Assembly (NCBI RefSeq): GCF_018977255.1
Contig: NW_024704743.1
Span: forward strand, 75,332,001-75,396,000
DNA: 64,000 nt
Source: Callorhinchus milii
Lineage: Eukaryota
Reading direction: 5' to 3'
Shown here: positions 34,671 through 46,280 of the stretch, piece by piece
Numbering within the stretch: the stretch's first letter is position 1
Layout: each line of letters opens with the position of its first letter
Notes under the pieces: model-generated
Databases searched by the model: none
The model's input: the letters and a program-made list of their open reading frames with translations, nothing else
Told to the model about the DNA's origin: nothing
Made by a program: the position numbers and the translations under genes

Positions 34671-35304
34671 TCTTCAGCCGAAGGACGGTTCCCACAGTGA
34701 CGTCGACAACACAATGGAAAATTGTGTTAAAATGGACAACAAGAGCATTAAAAATAATGAAAAACTTTTCACCTTTATAATATGTGATTGAGGTTCTGGT
34801 GATAAAACTCCACTTTTAACTGAAGAAAGTGAAATTTTACTCTTCATTATCCTGGAGGTTTTCTACTGTAACATAAAAGGGAGAGAAACACTTGCCTTGT
34901 CTCCCCCCTCTCTTTCCCCATTCAAGCAATGTTTATATTGAATGAACATGTTACTATCTTCATTTATCTCCAAGGTTCTCACTCCTGTGAGCATCTACCT
35001 GTGACATGGGTGAGCTGCGTTTGAGAAAGCAAGTCACAGATGTTTCCATGACCTCAGTAACAGTTTTGAAATGAATGTTATGTGTTTGGAGTATCTGGTG
35101 TACAGTAAATAATCCTGTAAATTGCTGCAAACCAACCTTATAATGCCATTCTGTCAGCCACATGATGTTGCTATTCTTTAGTGATTACTCCACGGGAGAA
35201 AAGCATGGGCTGCCCTCCAGGAGCCACTTGACCCTGTTAGCACCTCCAGTTTGGCTGGAGAATTGCCAACTTCCGATATCTCAATGATAAGGTAAGTAAC
35301 ACAT

Positions 35305-35680
35305 GAGAATCAGAAGGTTGTGGCCCTACCTTCATGCCTCACGTCAGGACTTTGAACTCATATAATGTAAGGTGACACTCCAATGCAGTGCTGGGGGTGT
35401 CCCGCATTGATGGAGGTGCCATCCTTCGGATGAGACGTTAAAACAAAGCCCCATTTGATTATTCAGGTGGACATTAAAGATGCCATGGCACTATTCAAAG
35501 TTTTTCCCGGTTTCCTGGCCAACAACTCTCCAAATTAAAATGGTCATTCACTTCATAGCTGTTTGTGCGGCATTGCTGTGTGCAAATTGGCTGCAGCATT
35601 TATCTACAAAATAAAAAGTCACTACACTTTAAAGTAAAATCCTACAAAGCACTTTGAGACATCCTCTTGAAGTGAAGTAT
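35305..35680 (+). mobile_element. Deu-domain SINE, near full length
   Basis: aatcagaaggttgtgg head remnant, ggatgagacgttaaa, attaaagatgccatggcac, gctgtgtgcaaattggctgc. Confidence 0.8.
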
Positions 35681-35699
35681 TCCCTTAGTGATATAAGAG

Positions 35700-36140
35700 C
35701 AGCATTACCTCCATTACTCCAGTCTTTCTCAAACATCATTGGCTCCCTGTCACAGAGGGGATCGATTTCAAGATCCTCACTCTTGTATTTAAATCCCTTC
35801 ATGCCCTGGCACCCCCTATCTCCCGAACCTGTTCTCTCCCTACACCACTACCCACAGCCTCCGCTCCGGCCTCCTCCTTGTCCCCTGGATTCTCTGCCCC
35901 ACCATCAGCGGCCTTGCTTTCAACCACAACGTGCCGAAGCTGTGGATCTCTCTCCCTCAATCCCTTCGTCTTGCCCCCTCTCTCCCTATTTTCAGGTTGC
36001 GCTTGAAGACCGTCCTCTTCGAACATGCCTAGGGGTCACCTTTCCCCTATCCCTGGCTTGGCATCGGGCTCTGCCACTGTTAATCGCTCCAAGATGCCGT
36101 CTGGCATGAAGGGTGCTATATAAATGCAAGTTGTTGTTGT
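35700..36140 (+). mobile_element. L2 3' fragment
   Basis: cattggctccctgtcacagagggg atcgatttcaagatcctc body and gcaagttgttgttg tail. Confidence 0.85.
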
Positions 36141-37817
36141 AGCATTAAATCCATTTGCAGAGTTTAGAATTAAAACCTTGTTCGCAATGCACTCATTCAA
36201 TATTTCTGGTGCTAGTGGAAGAATGAGGGTGGTCAATTTTAAACATCAAATAACTTAAAACTATGTAACAACAGGACAAGTTGCTTACAGTCATCCTTTA
36301 ACACCAGATGTTGCCATTGTTGTGTTATTTGTGTACCAAATTGCGAAGGTGTTGTATTTGAATGGGAAAGGTATCTTCAAACAAATAAATGCCTGTTGTA
36401 AAGTGCCTGCCTCAAAAACACAGGTGATCTGGAACAAACCACTGTGAATTTTTCTACATTTACTTTTGTGTTGTCCTTAGTGGCTGCAATGTAATGAATT
36501 CTGAAGAAAGAAGAAAGTCTCAGATCAGCCATTGTAGTGAAAAGTGTAACATATCACAAAATAGAAGGGTCAACAACAAGTGCAGATCAATTAGCGCTTC
36601 ATTTTGCCCTTCAGACATAACAGAAGGAATGTTCTTTGCTCTAGCTGTGAACCAAGAAGTTTAAATAAAGATAACAGGATAGGGGCTAAAAGATGATGAA
36701 GGAACAATGCTGTTTTCTAACCCCAGCGAAGTGCAGGAGCAACGCTTACACACCTGCTTTCCATCTCAATTTACCCAGAATGTGTGCAGACATCATAGTT
36801 TTCACTCCCACTGTCAGTCAATCACAACTCACAATTAGTGTATTATTTACACACAAACATCTTGGCTGAAGATGGACTATTGAAAGTATTTATGATTTCA
36901 TATTCAACCTGTCTAAAGTAAAGATTAAGTGTATATCTTACGTGGAACTGGTGTTGGAGATGAACAATATTTACTCTCTGACCTCAATGTTGCAGAGCTG
37001 CAGTCCCAAATACATGTCACTTTAATGTAAATCAAGATTATGGTGTACAGAATTTCACCCACAAAATACACTGTCAATTCGCTTTACAGTATATCATACA
37101 ATATATCCTGTGAAGGGTTATTGATATTATTGTTATTATTATAATTATTATTACAGGAAATTTGTCCAAACAATTTTTTTTTACAGCTGAGCTCCTGAGC
37201 ATGAAATGGAAGTGTTTAATTTGGGCTAAGGTTTCAGGTTCAGAACCACTGAGATGGATTTTTGGTACTTTCCTCACAAGGAAGTAATATCTACTGGAAA
37301 GTGAAGATTTTTGGGAAAAAAAACTCCTTCAAGGTCTGTCTCATATCTTCCTCTTTGACCATGCCTTTGGTAATCTTTCCCCTTCCCACACCTCTTGGCT
37401 CCCACCTCCACCAGAGGTGCCAAGCCAAGACTGTCAAATGCGTTGGAGGTCCTCCCAAATTGAAAGGCGCTGTAAATTTGTATTATCGATGGGACTCCAG
37501 GATGGAGCTCCAGAAAGTGGGATTGCTTAGAGAGTGCGATTGGTGAGACTAAAGAAAGGTTAACTGTGGAAAGTAACTGACTGGGATTAAATTGCTGAGA
37601 TGTAGGATATTATATATTTCACTTGATTATCTTTGTGGGAATCAGGAAGTATTTTGCAAAACCTTCCCTCAGGAGAATACATAGATGGGTAGAGTGAAGT
37701 ATAGGTCAACTTTTACATGACCTGTGGAAGAAGCAGGTTTAATTAACAAAATGGCATTACCTTGTTTATGTTTTCTTATGCTTCCTAACCATTGAGCTAC
37801 AGGACTCAGTGGACTAA

Positions 37818-38968
37818 GTGGAGTCTTGTAGCTCAATAGTTAGAGCACTCGCTTTGCAAGTGAGAGACCTGGGTTCGATTCCTTAGGCAAGTTTCCTTAC
37901 TTCACACGCCTGATAATAATCCCTCAAGAAAAAAACAATAATAAATTGGTCATTTCAATCCACGACTGTTTGTGGGACACTGCTGTATGCAATTGGCTGC
38001 CGCATTTCGCCCACAAATATACAGTCAATTCATTTTACAGTCTATTTCGTGAAGCAACAACAACAACAACAAGATTCCATTTATAGAGCGCCTTTCACGT
38101 CGGGAGGACGTCCCAAAGCCCTGGACAGTTGGGTCAGGACCCGAGCAGGGGGGAAATGGTCAGGGTGAGGGGAGGGAAAGGAGGGAGCGAGGAGGGGGGA
38201 AATGGTCAGGGTGAGGGGAGGGAAGGGAGGGGGCGAGGAGGGGGTAGAGAGTTGAGAGGGGAGCTGAAGGCACGGTCAAAGAGAAAGGTCTTGAGACCGG
38301 CCTTGAAGGAGGAAAGGGAGGAAGCGGCGAAGGTACTGGGGGATAGAGTTCCAGAGGCTAGTGGCTGAGAAGCTGAAGGCCCGGCCACCGATGGTAGGGC
38401 GGTTGGGGCGGGGGATGTGGAGCAGACCGGAGCCAGAGGAACGGAGGGTATGGGCAGGTAGGTAGGGGGATAGTAGGTCGGAGAGGTAGGAGGGAGCGAG
38501 GCCGTGAATGGCCTTGTAAGCGAGAATGAGGATCTTGAATTCGATCCTCTGGGGGATGGGGAGCCAGTGGAGGCGAGCGAGGGTGGGAGTGATGTGTTCC
38601 TGAAGCCTGGTGCGGGACAGTACACGAGCTGCAGAGTTCTGAATGACCTGCAGCTTGTGGAGGGAGGTGCCGGGAAGGCCGGCGAGGAGAGAGTTCCCAT
38701 AGTCCAGCCTTGAGGTGATAAAGGCGTGGACCAGACTTTCAGCAGCGTGAGGGGTGAGGTAGTGCCGTAGTCTGGCGATATTCCGGAGGTGATGGAAGGC
38801 GGTGCCAGTTGTGGTGCGGATGTGGGGAAGAAAGGACAACTCAGGGTCGAACAGAACACCGAGGTTCCTGACTGGGTTTGAGAGGTGGAGAGTGTAGCCT
38901 TGGAAGCACTTTGAGACGTCTAGAAGAAGTGAAAAGTGCTATATCAAATGCAAGGATTATTATTATTA
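37818..38968 (+). mobile_element. tRNA/CORE-like SINE split by an L2 insertion (pieces 37818-38056 and 38903-38968)
   Basis: The SINE sequence is continuous across the L2; TSD gaagca. Confidence 0.9.
38057..38902 (-). mobile_element. Young L2 3' fragment of the same subfamily as 4458-7064, with a 6-bp TSD
   Basis: Protein and DNA nearly identical to 6260-7064; gaagca at 38051-38056 and 38903-38908; an internal duplication in the 3' UTR. Confidence 0.95.
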
Positions 38969-39060
38969 ATTTCTTACAGCAGGAATGGTTTATCTCTGAA
39001 GGCAAACAAAAGCCCTTATTTAGCAACCTAGGACATTAGAGTGCACTAGCGATAAGATCA

Positions 39061-39145
39061 ACATACTGAAATAAAAACAGAAGTCCCTGGGAACATGCAG
39101 CAGGTCAGGCACCATCCATGGATAGAGGAAAGTGAGCTAACATCG
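39061..39145 (-). mobile_element. Penelope terminal repeat fragment
   Basis: aaaaacagaagtccctgggaacatgcagcaggtcaggcaccatccatgg matches 57993-58045. Confidence 0.7.
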
Positions 39146-39749
39146 ATGAACTTCTGTAAGATTGATATTTTCCAGCCTGCTCCGGTGGCATATTGTTGTA
39201 GCATTATGATGCGAATCAGTCACAGATTACTAAAAGTAGAAGGTTGTTTGTATACAAATATGTGGGATTCTCCATATTTCTGCATAAACCACATTATTCT
39301 GTAACAACAGTCTCAATGGATTGAGAGATCTATTCAAAACATAATTCTTTCTATGTAGTAATAATCAAAGTTATTACAATGATTGAGGCATGTAATTAAT
39401 GTATATCATGTTCAGTTGTATATTTCTCCCCCAGGCAGACACCTGCAGTCTGGAGCAAGCATTCCACACCCATCTCCTGTTCTTGTGACAGAACAAGTGG
39501 CAACCTACAATTCCTACATATTTACAGTTTTCGTGGTCAGAGAGATATAAAACTATTTCTAAAATGCCAAAATTCTGGAGAAACCGGGCTTATATCCATT
39601 ACAGATAGTTATTATTATTCTGGCCTTGTTACTGAACCTGGAAAGGAATCTGTGGCATTTGTATTCCGAAAAAGGGCCTGTACTAGTGTTCCGAAATGAT
39701 CATTGAACAACTGTGTACTCTGCATCCCTTAAAGAGACCACTCTTAATT

Positions 39750-40085
39750 AAAGCACTCGGCTCAGAAGTGAGAGGACCTCAGTTCGATTCTGGACAGGGC
39801 AAAACATTAGGCAAGTTTCCTTACCGCACACGCCTCTGTTTACCTATCAGTAAGTAGGAACCCGGTTGTTAGTCGATTGGCAGATTGCTTTCCAGGGGTA
39901 ATAATCCCTTCACGCAAAAAATTATTTGGTCACTCAATCCACTACTGTTTGTGGAACACTCTTTGTGCAATTGGCTGCTATATTTCACTCACAAAATATA
40001 CAGTGAATTCACTCTACAATATATTCTGTGAAGCACTTTGAGATGTCTCGAAGATGCAATAAGGCAAGGATTCTTATTAATTATT
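39750..40085 (+). mobile_element. tRNA-SINE variant retaining a complete CORE-like domain
   Basis: cattaggcaagtttccttaccgcacacgcctctgtttacctatcagtaagtagg aligns along the length of the MIR-type CORE consensus as I recall it; same 3' half as the other copies. Confidence 0.75.
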
Positions 40086-40133
40086 ATAAAGAGACCACTC
40101 AAAAATCGTGGAGAATATATTTTGTGCATTATG

Positions 40134-40280
40134 TAATAATAATCCTTGCATTTGATATAGTGCCTTATTACATCTTCGAGACATCTCAAAGCACTTCACA
40201 GAATATATTGTAAAGTGAATTGACTGTATATTTTGTGGGTGAAATGTGGCAGCTAATTGCGCACAGCAGTATCCCGCAAT
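40134..40280 (-). mobile_element. SINE 3' fragment, tail-to-tail with the previous copy
   Basis: aataataatccttgcatttgatatagtgcc...gcacagcag. Confidence 0.85.
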
Positions 40281-41875
40281 ATATTCAATATCAGCAAATA
40301 TTTTTGTGACACTAGTTATACAAGAGGTAAACCCAAACACCTCTTACAAATGAATGAAATGTCTGCATTATTTCTTTCTATGAGAAATGTACTCCAATGA
40401 AACTGCTTCAAGCTAAACTTGAAAACAATGATAAAGCAATTGTTTTCTTCGCAGCACCCAGTCAGGCTTCAAAATGTAAGAGTTTGGCAAAAGTTAAGCA
40501 GAGTCTCTCTGCAGCTGAAATGTCTCTGAGCAGACATCCCTAGTGAAAAAACAATCATGGATTTGTGGATGATTGAAAATATGTCTGGCTGATCAATGAG
40601 GCCTCGAAACGGAGACAAGTCCTCAACCTTGTGAACTAAAGCTCTAATGGATCAGATGGGGCTTCCTGGACAGATAGTGTGTTGCACAGTTGCTATTCTT
40701 CAGAAGGGATGGGAAAGTCTAAATTGTACAAAATAATCAGCCATTTAATGTTTTTGTGATAGGTGCAGAAGACCAAAGATTCTGTATAAAATGGACGAAC
40801 ATTGGTATGTAGCAAAACAGAAAAGACCATTGTGGCCCATCTTCTCCTCAACCGTTTCTCACTGTCCAGCATCTCGAGTGACAGAGGAATAAAGAGAAGC
40901 ATTTCAAATACTGGAAATCAGAAACTGCCAGAAAATGCTGGAATTTCACAGCAGGTGGATCAGCATTTTCTGGCAGCTGTGTTGAAAGGTCACACTCGAA
41001 GTGTTGCCCTGACTTTCTCTTTCTCTTACTAACTTGCCCAGCCTTTTTTGATTCCCAGCATTTCTTCTTTCTTCAATATCCTGCCTCAATCACCCTTCCT
41101 GGTAACTTTTTCCAGTTGTTAGTTACCCTGTGGATAAAGAAATACTTCCTGGTGTCTGTCCCAAAGTTGCCCTCTGCATCCCTAAACCTGTTCTGTTCTT
41201 TCGTTATATCCAAAAGTATTGTTCCGAGTTTAGTTCGCAATTATCTTTCAGATGAGATGTTAAACTGAAATCTTGCCTACCTGCTCTGGAGGAAATTAAA
41301 AATACCCTGATACTATTCAAAAAGAGAAGGAAGTTTCTCTTGGTATTTTAGTCAACAATCTGGATAGATTAACTGGTCATTCACTTCATTGGTGTTTGTA
41401 ACTAAAATGTATGCCTACAAATACACAGTTCCTACCCTTTCCAGCAATTAGATATGAAACAATTTGAGATGTTTCGATGCACAGTTACTACATTTTGCTG
41501 TAGTAAAATATTATGGAGCACCCTAAGACATTTTGATGGCACGATAAGGTGCTATATCAGATGCAAAGATTATTAGTAGATAATAAAAATCATTTTTTAT
41601 TTACACTAAAACACTTGTTGTGCGAGGAAATCTATGCCCTGCTGATTGTAGTGTAGTAGCAGTGTGAATATAGGGTTAGTTTATAATTAATTTCTATAAA
41701 TGCTAGGAATAGTGGATAGATACTACATGGAGTCATTGTTTGATGGAGAAACATAACCATTCATGAAAAGTTGAACTCTGTGAGTATTGCCTGCTTCTGT
41801 TCTGAGGATGAAACAAGTCATATCACATTGAACGGACAACAACTTGCACTTATATAGCCCCCGTCATGCATGGTG

Positions 41876-41899
41876 TATATATATATATATATATATATA
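41876..41899. repeat. (AT)n microsatellite
   Basis: Uninterrupted TA dinucleotide run. Confidence 0.9.
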
Positions 41900-43739
41900 G
41901 CGCTCCTCACACATCCAGCTGTGGGCTGACATTTTGTTCACCGGTTGTTCCCAGACAATGCTGTCCTCAGCTTGGTCATCCTCCTCTGCCTCAGGTCATC
42001 CTCATCTCTCCATACCAAAATCCGTGAGCCTCAGTCACTGAAAAATCTCTACTGAATTGTACTTCAGGATCAATAATGTATGTTTCTTTTCAATAACTGT
42101 TTGTTACGGATCATTATTAGTGGATTGTACTAATTGGTGGAAAATTGCAATATTAACAGCAATCTCTATTGCTGTTAGTGGACTGTTCTTATTGACAGGA
42201 GGAAAATAACCCCTGTGAAGCTTTCAGAAAACAAGATTTATCACAGAGGACATGGCAACGGATATGCATCATTAGCACTGTCAGGATCAGGATCAAGATG
42301 ACATAAAGCTGATCTGTTCTGTTCTGATCTCATTTCTCACACTTGCTCTGACCCTATCAATGTTTGTTTTTTCACAGGACAATAGATTAACATCTGCAAA
42401 GCTGCGAAGTTTTGTTATGAAAATCTTACCCTTGTCACGTCCGATGGCATAACTGCTTTGTGTTAGAAATCGTCTTCACCAAACTAATATCTAAACTTTT
42501 AGCCAAAATGTTTTTATTTCAAGCATCAGAAACATAATGCACACTAAGAGTTTCAGGAAAGAGAAAGGTAAATAAATATTTAATGAGAAAGATTAGCAAA
42601 GGAAAAACTTCATACAAATGTAATTGACTTAAAGATAGGAAGAATGGTAGGAAGTAAAAGATAAAACAAAAGTGTGAGGGAACTAGATGGAATGAACCGG
42701 AACTGTTTTATGTTATTCCACGCACCTCTCTCTCATATACAAAGCTAACATAGAATTTGCAACTCATTTATAAGAATAAAGATATAAAAATAAAGAGTAT
42801 GAGAAAGAACTGATAAATTAGATCAGAACAAAGCGCTGTTGTAAGCAGCTGGTATAATCGAATGGCCGCAGGTCTACCTTCTGTGCTAAAATATCTCTGA
42901 TCATACGAGAGCCTGGAATGAGGAAAAAAAAATTGTGTCCCTGAAGCTTCATCCTTTCTTAGGCATTCTACAATCTGCTCCATCACTGAATCATATTCAA
43001 TGAAAGCTTTCATGAAGCAACTTTGTTTCTCACCACAATAAAGCAAAATCCAGAACATTCACCTACCCCAGCATGTCCATTAATCAGCCTTGGATTGGTG
43101 GCACGTACCATGCATTTGAGCATTTAGATACTTATCCAACAATTTTTTTCCCCCACATAGAATTACAATGAACATTACAGCATGGAAACAGTCTATTAAT
43201 TCCATCTAGTCCATCCCATTGCTTATGCTCCACTCTAGCCTTCACCCTCATCATTGTCTCTCCTGTACCTCTCTATTTCATGTCCCTCATCTTTCTCCTT
43301 CACCTGTACAAGTTTCCTCTTAAATATGTTCTATTTGCTTCAACCACAGCTTCTGGCAGTAAGTTCAATATTCTCATCAACAACAAAACCTCTGTGTAAA
43401 GAAGTCTCTTCTAAATTTCATTTTAGATCTGCTACTGGTTAGCTTATATTTATCCTCCCTTATTTTGGACTCACCAACAAGTGGAAACAGACTATAAGAT
43501 TATTAACCTCATCAAATTCTTTCATAAGCTTAAACAGCTCCATCAGGTCCAGTCTCATTTCCAAAGAGAAAAGCTCCATTTGAAAGAGTTAATTGGTACA
43601 CTAACAACTGTTACCCTGAGAGACTGTTTAACACACCCAGTCCTCTCTGAGTAGAAGAGAAAGTATCTTCTAATCTCTTTATTTCCTCTATTTCTGGCCC
43701 CATTTTCTACAGTAAAGAATCTGCTTACAGTTACATAGG

Positions 43740-43950
43740 TGTCAACTTGACTCAGTTGGTAGCACCTCACCTTTGAGTCAGAAGATTGTGGGTTCTAGCC
43801 CCAAGTCGGGACTTTGAACTCATATAGTCCAGATTGTTGTTGTTGTTGTAGATTGATACTCATTGCAGTGCTGAGGGTGTGCTGCATTGTCGGAGGTGCT
43901 GGTCTCTAGTTGAATTATTGAACCAAGGAGCTAACTGTCTGTACAGGATG
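43740..43950 (+). mobile_element. Deu-domain SINE 5' part
   Basis: gtcaacttgactcagttggtagcacctcacctttgagtcagaagattgtgggttctagcccc tRNA-like head. Confidence 0.75.
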
Positions 43951-44172
43951 CTAAAACCATATCTTAGATTTCCAAGAGATAAATCACAATGTGTATAAAA
44001 CACGAGTATATTGAAGATTGACTGTCAGTATAATCAACTAGTGACTATCCTACTTGCAGGGAGGCAAGGAGGACTTTTTTGGGGACTGAGTTGGCTCCAA
44101 GGTGACAAGCCTGGCAATGGAAGATCGGTATCAGGTTGATCAGCTTTGATGCTTTTGGTATAAAGACCATGT

Positions 44173-44428
44173 GACATATACTGAGAGTGTTATATACTGA
44201 CAGTCAGTACCTGACAGTGTCATTATGTGTCACAGACTGGCAGTATATGATATATACTGACACTGTCATATACTGACGATGTATCATATACCATCTATGA
44301 CATATTGACAGTAAATCATATACTGACAGTGCTATATACTGACTCTGTATGACATACTATCCGTGTATCATAGACTGACAGTATATCATATACTAACTGT
44401 GCATCATAGACTAACAATGTATCATTCT
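44173..44428. repeat. Degenerate minisatellite with a unit of about 18 bp (actgacagtgtatcatat-like)
   Basis: Repeated atactgacag and tatcatag/tatcatat motifs. Confidence 0.8.
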
Positions 44429-45545
44429 GCGTGTTTATCTGTCTTCAGAACACTTTATTTGAACCATACATTGCAACTTGTTAGAAGGAAGTTCTGTTTG
44501 GCTGAGCAAGCCCTTAGTGAGTTGTTTCATTTGATATGCTTTTCACTTTATTCTGAGAGCATTAGATATAGCATTATGACCAACCCACATAATTGTGAAT
44601 CAGAATGTCGTTTCCATGCACAGTAAAACATCTAGTTGTTACGCACAGCCACTAACAAGTGCGTTCAGAGCTCTAAACCACCTGTGACTCTCATTTTTAC
44701 TGTTGTCAAAAGGCACAAAATAAAAGTGCCCTCCATCTTACCCAATGCCAGCTGGTTTCTGAAAAGTGCTGCATTCTTAAATCAAAGCTTGCAGTAGCAT
44801 TGGTTTTAGAAAAGTGTTCCTAAGACCTTCGGAATAATTGCTTTTTACATTGTTAGTGTAAATAAATAAACCAGCTCTGTTCATGTCATATAAGTTGCTT
44901 TGAAGCTCTGCCTAATGTATCCAACTTTAAGTACTGGAGAAACTTCTTTTCACTTACTTGGGCTTTATAGAGACTAATGCAGCAGTTTGGTCTGTTTATG
45001 TGTATGTTGGTTTGTGCATATAAGAACTTATATGGAAGGGAGCAATTCTAGTAATGTGATCAAATTTGTTGATGAGAGTTAGCCATATGTTGGATGATTA
45101 GTGTAGTTGAGATTAAAAATAATCTTTGCATTTGATGTAGTCACATTGAAATGTAACATTGAAATGTCTCAAAGTGTTTCACAAGTAGTTTCTGTCATTG
45201 ACAGTATTTAAAGGGACAAATCTATCTTACTGATCACTAAACTATCTATTCTGCTGTTGTTATTATGGGATTTCCAACCGTAAAGAAGTGAAAGTGAATA
45301 AAATGTCATTGTTTTGGCAATATTGATTAGATTTTGAGCTGATCTCCAAATTGAATGAATATTGATACCTGAATCAGGTTCTGCTACAAATCACACTTGA
45401 AGACTTTCCTTTTCGAATGTGCCTTCAGTTACCTCCGGTCTCTTTCCAACGCGGTGTCAAACCAAACCGCTGTCAAGTGATCTGAGACTCTACCCTCATG
45501 AAGGTCACTATATAACTGCAAGTTGTTGCTGATATTGATTCCAAA

Positions 45546-46280
45546 CAACAATAAAATTACATTTATATAATGTCTTTCACATCGGGAGGACTCCCCAAGG
45601 CATAGGATAATCGGTGTTTCGGACCCGAGCTGGGGCTCAGGATCAGGGAGGATGGAGGGCAAGAGGAAAGGAGGGTGACTGAAGGCATGGTCGAAGAGGA
45701 TGGTCCTGGGATGGGTCTTGAAGGAGGCAGGGAGGGGATGAGGTGGAGGGTCCTGTGGGATGGAATTTCAGAGGGTGGGGTAGAGTGGCAGAAGGCCCAC
45801 CCACCAATAGTGGGGCAGGCGAAGCGGGGTATGTGAAGCAGACCGGAGCCTACTGAGTGGAGGGAGTGGGCAATTTGGTAGGGGGTTAGAAGGTCGCAGA
45901 GGTAGGGGGGGAGCAAGGCCATGAAGGGCTTTGAAGGTAAGGACCAGGATCTTGAACTGCATCCTCTGTGTGATGGGAAGCCAGTGGAGTCGGGCAAGGA
46001 TGGGGTTGATAGGGCCATGGAACCTGGTGCAGGAGAAGACACAGGCTGCAAAGTTCTGGATGATCTGCAGCCTATAAATGGAGGAGTTGTGGAGGCCGAC
46101 AAGCAGGGAGTTGCATAGTCCAGCCTGGATATTATGAATCTGTGTATGAGAGTCTTGGCGGCCTCTGTAAGACAGTGGTGGAGCTGGGCAATGTTGCAGA
46201 GGTGGGGGAAGGCAGAGCGGGACATGGCACGGATATGGGGTAGAAAAGATAGTTGAGGATCAAAGAAGACGCCAAGGTCA
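45546..46280 (-). mobile_element. L2 3' fragment
   Basis: [40 protein letters not shown]. Confidence 0.9.

Noticed and set aside
35181..35291. Plus-strand exon-like segment ending AG|gtaagt
   Set aside because: All three frames from the nearest acceptor contain a stop, and no partner exons were found.
44173..44428. Repeat array considered as CRISPR-like
   Set aside because: Degenerate tandem units with no unique spacers, in a vertebrate context; an ordinary minisatellite.
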